A stretch of DNA of 64,000 bases from positions 22,048-86,047 of the forward strand of contig CAVQGX010000011.1 in the NCBI GenBank assembly GCA_963712115.1. Reading direction: 5' to 3'. This document shows, piece by piece, positions 33,400 through 43,337 of this stretch. The first letter of the stretch is position 1. Each line of letters starts with the position of its first letter. Below the pieces are notes generated by a model, which saw nothing but the letters and a program-made list of their open reading frames with translations, did no database searches and was not told the DNA's origin. The translations under genes and the position numbers were made by a program. The DNA comes from an uncultured delta proteobacterium (GTDB taxonomy: Bacteria > Desulfobacterota > Syntrophobacteria > BM002).

Positions 33400-33753
33400 A
33401 CTATCCTCCTAATTGGAATATGAAAAATGTAAAGGAACTATAACCACTGGTGATGTAGAATGCAACCGCCTATTTTCAGCTATTGTTTGAACTGTAGATT
33501 GACCACTCAATCTGCGGCTTTCAATGAGCAGCGGACTGAGATATTATGAAGGGCCACAGATTAGAGGCCAGAGGGCAGCAGGAAGATTGCAGCTGACAGC
33601 GGGCAGAGGAAAGAGGACAGAAGACAGATCATACTTGAAATTTTGAACTTGGAGCTAGGCCCCATGCCCTAGGCTCTATGCCTACCGCAATCCGCAATTA
33701 CCAGAGTGCTTAATTGTTTGCAGTTGTTAAAAGACTCGGTATTATTGACAATA

Positions 33754-33769
33754 CGGCATGCACTTTGCT
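33754..33769 (+). promoter_or_regulatory. Possible sigma54 promoter
   Basis: CGGCAT-GCACT-TTGCT, 31 bp upstream of the ATG at 33801. Confidence 0.45.
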
Positions 33770-33800
33770 TCTTTGAGCTTCGACACTTAAGAGGAATCTT

Positions 33801-35138
33801 ATGAAAGAGCAGCTAATACAGAAAATCAGAGATCATAGAGCGGTTGTTGGGATCGTGGGACTCGGTTATGTGGGGCTTCCCCTGATGCTGCGTTTTGCCG
33901 AAGTGGGGTTTCCCACGCTGGGCTTCGACATAGATAAAACTAAAGTGGAAAAGCTCAAAAAGGGTGAAAGCTATATCGGCCACATCCCCTCGGCAACCAT
34001 TGTCCAGAGGAGTATGGAGGAGGTTCAAATTGCAGAGGGGAAAACCGTGCCTCTTTTCGATGCCACAAATGACTACAGCCGTGCTTCAGAAACGGATGTT
34101 CTGATTCTCTGCGTTCCTACCCCGCTCAACAGAAACCGCGAACCCGATTTATCTTATGTGCGCAACACGGTAAATTCACTTCTGCCCCAGTTGCGTCGTG
34201 GCCAGATAATAAGCCTCGAGAGTACCACTTATCCTGGCACAACTGAGGAGGAAGTCCGATCCAGAATTGAAGAGTGCGGTTTTGTTGTCGGCAAGGACAT
34301 TTTTCTGGTCTATTCCCCAGAACGGGAGGATCCAGGAAACCCCTTATACAATACCCAGAACATCCCAAAGGTATGTGGGGGATCGACAACTGATTGCTCA
34401 GAAGTCGGCCGGGCCCTGTACGGCGAGGTGGTGACTCAGGTGGTGCCGTTGTCCTCCACCCGGGCAGCGGAGTTGACCAAGCTCCTGGAAAACATCTATC
34501 GCGCAGTGAACATTGGGCTGGTAAATGAACTCAAAGTCGTAGCGGACCGCATGGGAATTGACATCCGCGAGGTTATTGACGCTGCTGCCACAAAGCCTTT
34601 CGGCTTCACCCCATTTTATCCGGGGCCGGGATTGGGAGGACACTGTATTCCCATTGACCCTTTTTACCTAACCTGGAAGGCAAGGGAGTACGGAATCAAC
34701 ACTCGCTTCATCGAACTGGCCGGGGAGGTCAACGCTGCCATGCCCCAATGGGTGGTGGGCAAGGTGACGGACGCCTTGAATGAAAAGGGTAGATCGGTCA
34801 AGGGAGCAAAGATCCTGGTGCTGGGTCTTGCCTACAAGAAGAATGTCGACGATCCCCGGGAGTCTCCGGCCATGGAGATCATGGAAATCCTCAGGAGCAA
34901 AGGTGCTGAATTGAGCTACAGCGATCCCCATGTCCCGGTGTTCCCCTCCATGCGAAGACACAGATTCGATTTGAAATCCGAAGAATTAACCCCTGCATTG
35001 CTCAAAAAGGTTGACTGTGTTCTTTTGGTTACCGACCATGACGGCTTCCCCTACGACCTCATCGGTGCTCATGCCGACCTAATCGTGGACACCCGAGGAG
35101 TGTACAGAAGTGGTGAGGCTAATGTGGTCAAGGCCTAA
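33801..35138 (+). CDS. UDP-sugar (UDP-GlcNAc-type) 6-dehydrogenase, WbpA-like
   Basis: [42 protein letters not shown]. Confidence 0.9.
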   Translation: MKEQLIQKIRDHRAVVGIVGLGYVGLPLMLRFAEVGFPTLGFDIDKTKVEKLKKGESYIGHIPSATIVQRSMEEVQIAEGKTVPLFDATNDYSRASETDVLILCVPTPLNRNREPDLSYVRNTVNSLLPQLRRGQIISLESTTYPGTTEEEVRSRIEECGFVVGKDIFLVYSPEREDPGNPLYNTQNIPKVCGGSTTDCSEVGRALYGEVVTQVVPLSSTRAAELTKLLENIYRAVNIGLVNELKVVADRMGIDIREVIDAAATKPFGFTPFYPGPGLGGHCIPIDPFYLTWKAREYGINTRFIELAGEVNAAMPQWVVGKVTDALNEKGRSVKGAKILVLGLAYKKNVDDPRESPAMEIMEILRSKGAELSYSDPHVPVFPSMRRHRFDLKSEELTPALLKKVDCVLLVTDHDGFPYDLIGAHADLIVDTRGVYRSGEANVVKA

Positions 35139-35391
35139 CCCGGATATCTCGTGAATTCACGCCCTGGCGTGACTGCGACCACTTCAGGATCTCAGATTTC
35201 AGATTTTAGATTTCAGATTGAAGGGTGTCTGGTACAAACTGATTATTTGAGTAAAACAAGAATGCAAGTTTAACTTCCACCGCCTGCTTTGTCTTACTCG
35301 GTTTTGGGCAATCTCAAATCCGCAATCGTCGATCCGGTGGCACGCCCATCTTCGCGGTCTCGCGAGAGCAATTCATGAAATATCCGGGTTA
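35136..35391. mobile_element. MITE-like element, copy 2 (different interior)
   Basis: TAACCCGGATATCTCGTGAATT...AATTCATGAAATATCCGGGTTA; about 50 bp at each end match copy 1. Confidence 0.72.
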
Positions 35392-35670
35392 AGAATTTAA
35401 TATCACCCGCGGTCCCCACCAATTATTCAACCCCAGGGTTACCCACCTCAGAATTTCCAGGAACAAGTTATAATTTTATGCCTATCTGAAATTCCCTGAA
35501 AGGAGGGAAAATGCATAAATCCTCCCACTTGTGGGACGGATTTTGCATATTTAAGCCGAATACTTCATGAGTCCGCCTAAGGCGGACCAGGGATATGGCC
35601 GTCCTGCTTTGCGGACTATTAATTGGGCATCGCAATTATGGTGCCCCATCTCACGAGATAGAAGAAGATC

Positions 35671-36900
35671 ATGACGGCGCAGCGTTACAGAGTGATATTT
35701 GAGGGAGAAATCCTCGACGGACTGCAAGTTGAGGAGGTGAAAAGAGGCCTGTCCACTCTTTTTAAAGCCAGTGAGGCTAAAATCGAGCGGTTTTTTTCAG
35801 GCAAGCGCTTAGCGGTAAAAAAGGATGTGGATTATGAGACAGCAATGAAATACTTGAAAGCCTTTGAGAGGGCAGGAGCCGTATGTAGGGTGGAAGCATT
35901 GGGGACTCATGCTGGCCTGGAACAGCCCCTCATGATGGAAAAAGAGAAAGAAGAGCCGAGGCAGCAGGACCTTATGATCTGTCCTAAATGCCAGTTTGAA
36001 CAGGAGGAATCTGAGGAGTGTGTTCGCTGCGGTATCATTGTGAGTAAGTTTTATCAAAGACCTCATGCACTGGAGGCTGAGGCAGAGTCAGGTGGTCCTG
36101 AGGCAGACCTCGTTGCTTTCATAGGCGATAATGCCCATAAATATATTTCAAAATTCATGAAGTTTAATCAGGGTGGTGCCGATAGTTTCGCCTTCACCTG
36201 GCACTGGCCTGCCTTCTTCTTCGGACCTGTGTGGCTGTGGTACAGAAAACTTAATAGATGGGCTTGGCTTGCGCTTGTTTTGGATTTGATCCCTGTCGTC
36301 GATGGTATTGCTAAAATTACTTTTGCTTTAACGGGCAATTACATCTACTACAAACACTGTAAGAGTAAGATCAAAGAGTTGAGGAGGTCAAAGCCGTCCT
36401 CAGATCTATCCGCAAGTTTGGCTCTTAATGGAGGAGTAAATCGGCTGGCTGTTAGCTTTTCAACAGTTTTAATTATCCTGGCTTTGGCTGGAGCCGCATT
36501 ATATGCTTACAACAGTATGACTGGAGAAAAAACCATTGGCAAAATATCCTTTTACACAGATTATGATCAAGGACTTGATCAAGCCTTCGAATCCGGCAAA
36601 CCTGTTATGCTTGTTTTTTCTGCTTCTTGGTGTGGTTCATGTAAACAAATGATCAAAAATGTATTTTCCCATGACGATGTAGCATATGCATCAAAGCAGC
36701 TAGTTAACATATATGTGGATGTAGATAAAGCTAACAGACAATTAATCAACGCATATGAAGTCAAATATGTACCATCAGTATTTTTTCTTGATTATAGCGG
36801 AGAAACAATAATACAAGTCGCCGACAGAAGGTCGCCCGATGATTTCATTGAAAATATGGACTACATGGTTCGAGTACACACTTACAACCAGCAAAACTAG
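35671..36900 (+). CDS. Membrane protein: N-terminal domain, Zn ribbon, DUF2628-like region and thioredoxin domain
   Basis: CPKC..CVRC, WHWPAFFFGPVWLWYRK, FSASWCGSCKQM. Confidence 0.75.
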   Translation: MTAQRYRVIFEGEILDGLQVEEVKRGLSTLFKASEAKIERFFSGKRLAVKKDVDYETAMKYLKAFERAGAVCRVEALGTHAGLEQPLMMEKEKEEPRQQDLMICPKCQFEQEESEECVRCGIIVSKFYQRPHALEAEAESGGPEADLVAFIGDNAHKYISKFMKFNQGGADSFAFTWHWPAFFFGPVWLWYRKLNRWAWLALVLDLIPVVDGIAKITFALTGNYIYYKHCKSKIKELRRSKPSSDLSASLALNGGVNRLAVSFSTVLIILALAGAALYAYNSMTGEKTIGKISFYTDYDQGLDQAFESGKPVMLVFSASWCGSCKQMIKNVFSHDDVAYASKQLVNIYVDVDKANRQLINAYEVKYVPSVFFLDYSGETIIQVADRRSPDDFIENMDYMVRVHTYNQQN

Positions 36901-37175
36901 CAGGAATCAAAATCATCTCTACAGATTGCAGATTTAACATCGTAGATTGATGATTGCGGATTGCGGAATGAAAAAGAAAATCATACCTATATTGCTAGCA
37001 TTTGCGATCTTGTTTGTTTTACTCACGCTAATAAACCCAGGATTTCGAGAAAAAATACACGTCGTAATAGACTACCTAAGCAACTGGTTGGGAATAGACT
37101 GGGGATCGATCCGAGGTTGGCGAAGCGCTAAATTATTGCTTTGCCAGGACTGCTTCGCCATATATCTGTAGTGAT

Positions 37176-37191
37176 GGGCATAAACATTGCA
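37176..37191 (+). promoter_or_regulatory. Possible sigma54 promoter
   Basis: GGGCAT-AAACA-TTGCA upstream of the bactofilin gene. Confidence 0.4.
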
Positions 37192-37244
37192 TTTTAAACT
37201 GTTTGCAACCCAATAAATAATCTTAACCCAAACAAGGATCAACA

Positions 37245-37688
37245 ATGTTGCAGACAGCAAAGGAAAAAACGGTGGAACAAAATAATAAGCGGGCCAAAGG
37301 CAAAATTTTCAGAAGTCCATTCAAAATGGTAGAGACTACTATCATTTCTGACAGCAGTAATTTCCAGGGTAATATCGAAACAGAGGGTACCCTCATTGTG
37401 CATGGTTCGGTGACAGGAATGATAAGGTGCGGCTCCCTGGAAATTCTGCAAGAAGGCGATGTGGATGCGAATGTGGAAGCCGAAAACGTGAGCGTGGCAG
37501 GAAAATTCCAAGGAGAAATGATCTGCAATGGCAGGTTAAACATTTTGAGCACAGGAACAGTAATAGGCGAGATAGCTTATGGGAGGCTATCCATAGAATC
37601 AGGGGGACAATTGGCTGGCAACCTTACCAGGTCCAAATCAAAAGACACCACAGTGCTCCCCCTGTACCAGGAGATTAATCAATCCTAA
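37245..37688 (+). CDS. Bactofilin (polymer-forming cytoskeletal protein)
   Basis: TIISDSSNFQGNIETEGTLIVHGSVTG repeats ending LSIESGGQLAG. Confidence 0.88.
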   Translation: MLQTAKEKTVEQNNKRAKGKIFRSPFKMVETTIISDSSNFQGNIETEGTLIVHGSVTGMIRCGSLEILQEGDVDANVEAENVSVAGKFQGEMICNGRLNILSTGTVIGEIAYGRLSIESGGQLAGNLTRSKSKDTTVLPLYQEINQS

Positions 37689-37963
37689 ACATACCCACCT
37701 CGGCGGCACAGCGACTTCGTTGCAAGGGCTTTGTCTTTTCGTTTTTCCTGAGCCTGTCTCGACCTGTATTTAAAAATTACCCAAACATGCATTTTTGGAT
37801 ACGGCACTAGCTTCAATTGACCAATTGAACCACTCTATCTGGATGGTATTATTTATTTAACTGTCTGATAAAACATTAAAAAATGTCAATTTTATAGATG
37901 TGGCATGTTTTTTCCATTATTTGCAAAACCGTCTTTCAACAAATAGTCAAAGGAGGAAGTCTA

Positions 37964-38152
37964 ATGAGACGCATAACCTTACTTCTGTTTCAGCTCTTCT
38001 TAGCCCTGTTTGCTGGATACGCAGTAGTATACGATGTACCTAACGAGTATCTGGTTGTTCCGCTACTATGTTTGGTCTGCATGTTCTTCCTCGGAAGGCA
38101 TCCAGACTCGTCCCCAAAGCGGAGCCAACAAAAATTGGCGCTTGATGTTTAA
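37964..38152 (+). CDS. Small two-TM hypothetical protein
   Basis: AGGAGG RBS, hydrophobic helices; stop codon supplied by MITE copy 3. Confidence 0.55.
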   Translation: MRRITLLLFQLFLALFAGYAVVYDVPNEYLVVPLLCLVCMFFLGRHPDSSPKRSQQKLALDV

Positions 38153-38379
38153 CCCGGATGTTTCATTAATGGCCTACAGCGACCACGGATATGGCCGTCC
38201 TTCCGGGCGTCCTCGGGCGTCGGACCCTGCGACGTACCGTTCAGGTGCGCCTCGAATCCAATCCCGCGTTACCGCGGGACGGTTGCCCGGTGGCCCGCCC
38301 GCCTCGCCTTGCTTGCATGGCGGGCAGGCACAACCATCTTCGTGGTCGCGCCACGGCAATTCATCAAACATCCGGGTTA
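38150..38379. mobile_element. MITE-like element, copy 3 (reverse orientation to copy 1)
   Basis: TAACCCGGATGTTTCATTAAT...AATTCATCAAACATCCGGGTTA; interior aligns with the reverse complement of 4993-5232. Confidence 0.78.
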
Positions 38380-38440
38380 GCCTATTTTCGGCACCCTTTT
38401 TGATGGCCTCCGAACGCTTCACCGAATCAGGGTATGAATC

Positions 38441-38791
38441 ATGATTTACGAGAGAGATAGACGCAGATTTGAGCGAATAGAGGTCAAATGGCCTACAACT
38501 GTTATCACCTCCGACGGTGAATTTACAGGAGAAACCAAGAGTCTCAGTCAGGTTGGAGCATCTTTTTACTGTCGGGAGTTGCCACCCATAGGGCAAGAAT
38601 TTCGCTTGGAAATCCAACCTCCCAGCCATCAGCCCATCCTGGTATCAGCTAAATCGATATGGGCGATGGAACAAGTGCCTCTAGAGAATTACAGTCTTTT
38701 CATAGTGGGTGCAGAATTTGAATACATATCGGAAGCAGACGTTCAGTTCATAGGCAAGGTGATTGCGCAGCAAGAAGGAAAGGGGGGGTGA
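38441..38791 (+). CDS. PilZ-domain protein
   Basis: RRRFER (RxxxR) and SLSQVGA (D/NxSxxG variant). Confidence 0.8.
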   Translation: MIYERDRRRFERIEVKWPTTVITSDGEFTGETKSLSQVGASFYCRELPPIGQEFRLEIQPPSHQPILVSAKSIWAMEQVPLENYSLFIVGAEFEYISEADVQFIGKVIAQQEGKGG

Positions 38792-38849
38792 GAGCGAACC
38801 TTAACAGGTAAATGCGGCTTAGGTAAAGGCTCTCGGGATCTCGATGGCT

Positions 38850-39056
38850 CTAGAGCCTGCCCCAGGCAACGTAGTTCCTTAAATTGTCCTCCAGCGGGTT
38901 GTCGAGGACGCGAACCTCAGCCGGCTCTCGAAAGGAAAACTCAAGCTGTCGTGCAGGCACAGGAACGGAAAACAGCTCTATGGTGTTTTTTGTCATCCTG
39001 ATTTTAATGGACACAGTGTCAATAGTTATGGGCTTCAAATCCGTCATAGTTTTCAA
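38850..39056 (-). CDS. Small hypothetical protein
   Basis: 68-aa ORF directly downstream of 39069..39302 with AAGGGA RBS. Confidence 0.5.
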   Translation of the reverse strand: MKTMTDLKPITIDTVSIKIRMTKNTIELFSVPVPARQLEFSFREPAEVRVLDNPLEDNLRNYVAWGRL

Positions 39057-39068
39057 ATCCAGCGTCCC

Positions 39069-39302
39069 TTACTGAAGGTTCACCTCGCCTGAAGGAAAGA
39101 TTTTGAGGTGCCAAGACCTACCACAGCCATAGCGACATGTGATGTAGACGGGTAAGATCTTTCCTTCCTGGCAGTTAAAGGATGCTTCACCGACATTGCA
39201 TTCCAAACCACACTTTTGACAGAAATAGGCGTAGCCATCTGCATAGCGAGGGTCTTCTTTCCGCTCAAAAAAACTACTTATAGCAGTAATATTATCTGCC
39301 AT
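39069..39302 (-). CDS. Small Cys-rich hypothetical protein
   Basis: CQKC and CRYGC motifs; sigma54-like promoter upstream. Confidence 0.55.
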   Translation of the reverse strand: MADNITAISSFFERKEDPRYADGYAYFCQKCGLECNVGEASFNCQEGKILPVYITCRYGCGRSWHLKIFPSGEVNLQ

Positions 39303-39354
39303 AGTTCTTGCCCCCGGCCGAAATGCGCATCTTTGCTCTTCATTACCTCAAACA

Positions 39355-39370
39355 TGCAACAGCGATGCCA
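39355..39370 (-). promoter_or_regulatory. Sigma54-type promoter
   Basis: Minus strand reads TGGCAT-CGCTG-TTGCA. Confidence 0.55.
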
Positions 39371-39732
39371 TTCTGATCGCAAAGAGCATAGCGCATGGCG
39401 CATAGCGAAAAGGCATGGAGCATTGGGCAGGGAGTAAAGCGACACGGGACTTTCAGCCAGCAGCGGGCAACTGGCAGCTGGCAGGAAAAAGATATCCTAC
39501 ACGCAGAACCATTGCCAGATCTTGCGAGCTGGCTGCTGTCAGCTGCAAGCTGACTCCTAGCTCTATGCTCCATGCTTATTTGGATTCTTTCCTAAACACA
39601 GAGATTGAGCAGTTTCTCTATTGACAATCGTTTTGCCACCCTTAAAATTGCCTGTAATCCATGGGTCTAGACCGTTTCGAGTTACTGGTAACAAAAGGCT
39701 CAATCTGCAAAGCAAAAGAGGGAGATTTAATT

Positions 39733-40278
39733 ATGCGAAAAACAGCTATTTATGGTCTCGTCACAATTTGTCTGATGGTCTTGCTGGATATGTCGACATG
39801 GGCAGGATGGGACCCGGCTCGGGAGCAGAAAGAAAAGGAGCTTGTCGAGGAAACCATTGTCAAGTTCAAGCAAGCCGACTCCAGTATGAAAGTGTTTTTT
39901 GATAAGGCTTACGGTTATGTTGTCTTCCCATCAATCGGCAAAGGTGGCTTTATCGTTGGTGGTGGTCACGGGGATGGATGGGTCTATGAAAAAGGAAGAC
40001 ATATTGGCCGTGCCACCGTGACGGAACTAACGGTGGGCGCTCAGATTGGCGGTCAGTCCTTCAGCGAAATAATCTTCTTTGCAGATAAGTCAACCTTAGA
40101 TGATTTCAAGAGGGGAAATTGGGAACTCGACGCTCAGGCATCGGTAATCCTGGTGAAGTCAGGGGCTTCTAAAGACGCAAGCTACGACCATGGAGTGGCT
40201 GTTTTCACTATGCCCAAGAGCGGCTTAATGGCAGAAGCTACTGTGGGCGGTCAGAAGTTCCAGTACATTGCCAAATAG
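39733..40278 (+). CDS. Ysc84/SYLF-like lipid-binding exported protein
   Basis: Signal peptide, VFPSIGKGGFIVGG, GAQIGGQ, GLMAEATVGGQKF. Confidence 0.85.
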   Translation: MRKTAIYGLVTICLMVLLDMSTWAGWDPAREQKEKELVEETIVKFKQADSSMKVFFDKAYGYVVFPSIGKGGFIVGGGHGDGWVYEKGRHIGRATVTELTVGAQIGGQSFSEIIFFADKSTLDDFKRGNWELDAQASVILVKSGASKDASYDHGVAVFTMPKSGLMAEATVGGQKFQYIAK

Positions 40279-40563
40279 GACGACTCTCTAGCTCCATAAC
40301 CCCCTTATCAGACAACTTCTCCTCTTTTTCCCACCGACAATTGTGTTAGGCCCAAGGGAGCAACATAGGTCGGTGGGGTTTTCTTATAGTAGACTTAAAG
40401 GGTTAGGTGTTGACTTTCACTGAGCTCTCGTGGTTTATTCACTGGCGGGCTTTAGTCATAACCGAAGCGTTAAGGCGACACATAAACTGAGACAAGAGTA
40501 AACACCGGGCTCTAGAGATTTCTCAAAAGTCTAGGTGACTCAGGATGAGAAGGGATTTCATCT

Positions 40564-40917
40564 ATGTCTAAACAGTCGGACAGACGTGACTACCCCAGGG
40601 CTGATGTTAAATGGCCAGTTACTTTAATCACCCCTGAGGCCCAAATTGAAGGAGAGATAGAGAATTTCACCCCCAAGGGGTTATTTGTCTCCTGCGCTGA
40701 AGTGCCGCCTTCGGAGGGCATCTTAAGACTAGTCATTAAAGTGCCCGGCCGTCCGACCATGAATGTTGCTGGCAAGGTTATTTGGTCGACGATTATTGAT
40801 ACCACTGAGAGTGGAGCAAGGTTAGGCGTGGGTATACAATTCACAGAGATCTCCAAAAGTGACTTAAAGGTCCTCCACGAAGCCGCGACTGAGTACCACC
40901 GAGATGAAGAAGGGTGA
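40564..40917 (+). CDS. PilZ-domain protein
   Basis: RRDYPR, NFTPKG, GVGIQF; paralog of 38441. Confidence 0.82.
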   Translation: MSKQSDRRDYPRADVKWPVTLITPEAQIEGEIENFTPKGLFVSCAEVPPSEGILRLVIKVPGRPTMNVAGKVIWSTIIDTTESGARLGVGIQFTEISKSDLKVLHEAATEYHRDEEG

Positions 40918-41094
40918 GGGCAAGCAAGGACTCACTGATTCATTCCAATCAGAGACCAGCGAGCACACACAATAAGTATTTTACTTGCTCCTTTCAGCCT
41001 CCTCTTCCCCGCCTTCGGTATCATGCCGGGCCAGTGGGTGATTTTTTGCAAAGAACCGGGGAGACAGAGACTATCGATCGACTGTTTTTGTACT

Positions 41095-41110
41095 TGGCAC
41101 TTTGTTTGCA
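41095..41110 (+). promoter_or_regulatory. Consensus sigma54 promoter
   Basis: TGGCAC-TTTGT-TTGCA. Confidence 0.6.
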
Positions 41111-41120
41111 TGGAAAAGCA

Positions 41121-41208
41121 AGCGAGCATTTTGCTCCAATAATGTTCCCTCCCTTTTCTCTGTCCCCCATCGGCCTTAGTGTGGTTGAGCCGATGGGGGG
41201 TTTTTTTT
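41121..41208 (+). ncRNA. Candidate ~90-nt sRNA
   Basis: Lies between the sigma54 motif and a strong terminator; no ORF; CU-rich single-stranded stretch. Confidence 0.4.
41165..41208 (+). terminator. Intrinsic terminator
   Basis: CCCCCATCGGC...GCCGATGGGGG followed by T8. Confidence 0.8.
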
Positions 41209-41281
41209 GACTCACTCAACTATTTGACTAGTTGACCACTTTGCGATTAGAATCCCAGCGAAATTTTGTTTTGGAGTAAGA

Positions 41282-42187
41282 ATGAGCGAGAAGCTGGTAG
41301 AGCATATTGGTAATCTTAGAAAGAGTTTAAAGGCGATCATCCTTGCCCACAACTACCAGCGGCCGGAAGTGCAGGATATTGCTGATTTTACCGGGGACTC
41401 CCTGGAGTTGAGTCGCAAGGCAGCGGGGACCGATGCTGAGGTGATTGTTTTTTGCGGAGTCCATTTCATGGCTGAAACCGCTAAGATTCTTTCACCGGAG
41501 AAGACTGTGCTGCTGCCTGACGAGGAAGCCGGTTGTCCCATGGCGGATATGATCACTCTAGAGCAATTGGAGGAGGAGAAGGCCAAGTATCCCGGGGTCC
41601 AGGTAGTCTGCTATGTGAATTCCAGTGCTGCGGTAAAGGCGGGCTCAGACATCTGCTGCACCTCTGCCAACGCGGTACAAGTTGTGAAAACCGTGGAAAA
41701 AAACCGGCCGATTCTTTTCGTTCCGGACCAATACCTCGGTCACTACGCCATGGGCAGGACAGGCAGACAAATGCATCTCTGGCCCGGATATTGTCCCACC
41801 CATGTGAAAATAGGGGTTGCGGATGTGAGAAGACAAAAGGCCCGCCACCCTGGGTCCAAGGTTGTGGTTCATCCCGAGTGTCGGCCCGATGTGATCGACG
41901 AAGCGGATGAGGCTCTCAGCACCAGTGGTATAATTCGCTATGCAAGATCATACCAGGGTAATACTCTAATTGTTGGTACTGAGACCGGGATTCTCCACCG
42001 ATTAAGAAAAGAAAATCCTGCAGTTGAGTATGTCCCGGTAACCGAGCGCTCCGTCTGCCCCAACATGAAGCGCATTACCTTGGAAAAAGTCCTCTGGTCC
42101 ATGGAGGAGATGCAACCTAAAATAGAGATTCCGGAGCTTATAAGACAGCGGGCCTTGGCAGCGGTGGAAAGGATGCTGGAGCTATAG
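41282..42187 (+). CDS. nadA: Quinolinate synthase
   Basis: LAHNYQ, GDSLEL, FCGVHFMAE, AGCPMA, HPEC, CPNMK. Confidence 0.97.
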   Translation: MSEKLVEHIGNLRKSLKAIILAHNYQRPEVQDIADFTGDSLELSRKAAGTDAEVIVFCGVHFMAETAKILSPEKTVLLPDEEAGCPMADMITLEQLEEEKAKYPGVQVVCYVNSSAAVKAGSDICCTSANAVQVVKTVEKNRPILFVPDQYLGHYAMGRTGRQMHLWPGYCPTHVKIGVADVRRQKARHPGSKVVVHPECRPDVIDEADEALSTSGIIRYARSYQGNTLIVGTETGILHRLRKENPAVEYVPVTERSVCPNMKRITLEKVLWSMEEMQPKIEIPELIRQRALAAVERMLEL

Positions 42188-42275
42188 AGCGCGGCAAGCG
42201 GCGGGCAGGTTTAATAGGTTCCCGAGATAAACTTAACAAACCCCAGACGAGCGAACTCACCTTTGGAAAGGGGAC

Positions 42276-43139
42276 ATGATTGTCGTCTACACCTCCGATC
42301 TTCATGGAAACAAGGAGCTGTATTCAGAACTGTTTGAACTGGCCGAAGAGAGAGGGGCCCAAGCTGTTATCATTGGGGGCGACATGCTTCCCATGCAGGG
42401 CTCTTTTCAATACTCCCTTCTAGAGCAAAAGGATTTCATTTTTTCTTATCTAGGCCCCAAACTTAGAGGGTTTCTCTCCAAAGCTCCGCAAGCCACCATC
42501 TATGCTATGCTTGGCAACGATGACTGGGGTGCGAGTAATACCCACCTTAAAAATTTAGAAGGACAGGGTATACTGCGGCTAATTCATGGTCAAAAGCATG
42601 CGCTCGGGGATCGTTACGACTTGATCGGTTATGCTCACGTGCCACCTACACCTTTCATCATAAAGGATGGTGAACGGAGAGATTTGCAGACAGATTCTAC
42701 TGAACAGCAACGTTGCACTGCTTGCTGCAGCCAGGGAGAGCAAATCATTGTAGTTGATCCGCGGCAGTACTTTGTCCGGATGAAATCCATCGAGGAAGAA
42801 CTGGAAGAGCTGCCAGGGGTCCGGGAGTCTCACAGTGCAGTTTATGTTATGCACTGTCCGCCATTCAGCACCAATCTCGACAGGCTCTTTGACGGCCGGT
42901 GGATTGGAAGCCGTGCTATAAGGTTGTTTATCGAAAACCACCAGCCCTATTTGACCCTGCACGGTCATATTCATGAGTCATCAGAGATAAGCGGGAGATA
43001 CTGGGATCGGATCGGAAAGAGCATCTGCATCAATCCTGGGCAGTCCACTGAGGAGCTTTACGCTGTTGTCTTTGAACTCGAAGATGTATCCACCACCTTG
43101 GAACACACAGTTTTTGGACGAATGGCGGACGACGCATAG
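42276..43139 (+). CDS. Calcineurin-like metallophosphoesterase
   Basis: SDLHG, GGD, GNDD, HCPP, HGHIHE. Confidence 0.88.
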   Translation: MIVVYTSDLHGNKELYSELFELAEERGAQAVIIGGDMLPMQGSFQYSLLEQKDFIFSYLGPKLRGFLSKAPQATIYAMLGNDDWGASNTHLKNLEGQGILRLIHGQKHALGDRYDLIGYAHVPPTPFIIKDGERRDLQTDSTEQQRCTACCSQGEQIIVVDPRQYFVRMKSIEEELEELPGVRESHSAVYVMHCPPFSTNLDRLFDGRWIGSRAIRLFIENHQPYLTLHGHIHESSEISGRYWDRIGKSICINPGQSTEELYAVVFELEDVSTTLEHTVFGRMADDA

Positions 43140-43337
43140 CGCCAGGATTACTGGGCACTAAGCAGTAGGCACTAGGCACCATTTCATTTCATAACGCTCA
43201 TTTCTCAACTCCTATTGCGCATTGCAGGACATGGGTAATGAGGTATTTGGTCAAAATGAGAAATGCGAAATGGAAAATGTGAAATGACAAATGTACCGGC
43301 TGCTCCCTGGTCAACCTAAGTTACAAGTAACTGTCTT

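Noticed and set aside
36968-37171. Short membrane-anchored ORF
   Set aside because: It has a signal-like start but no recognisable family; it could be a remnant, and support is too weak to call.
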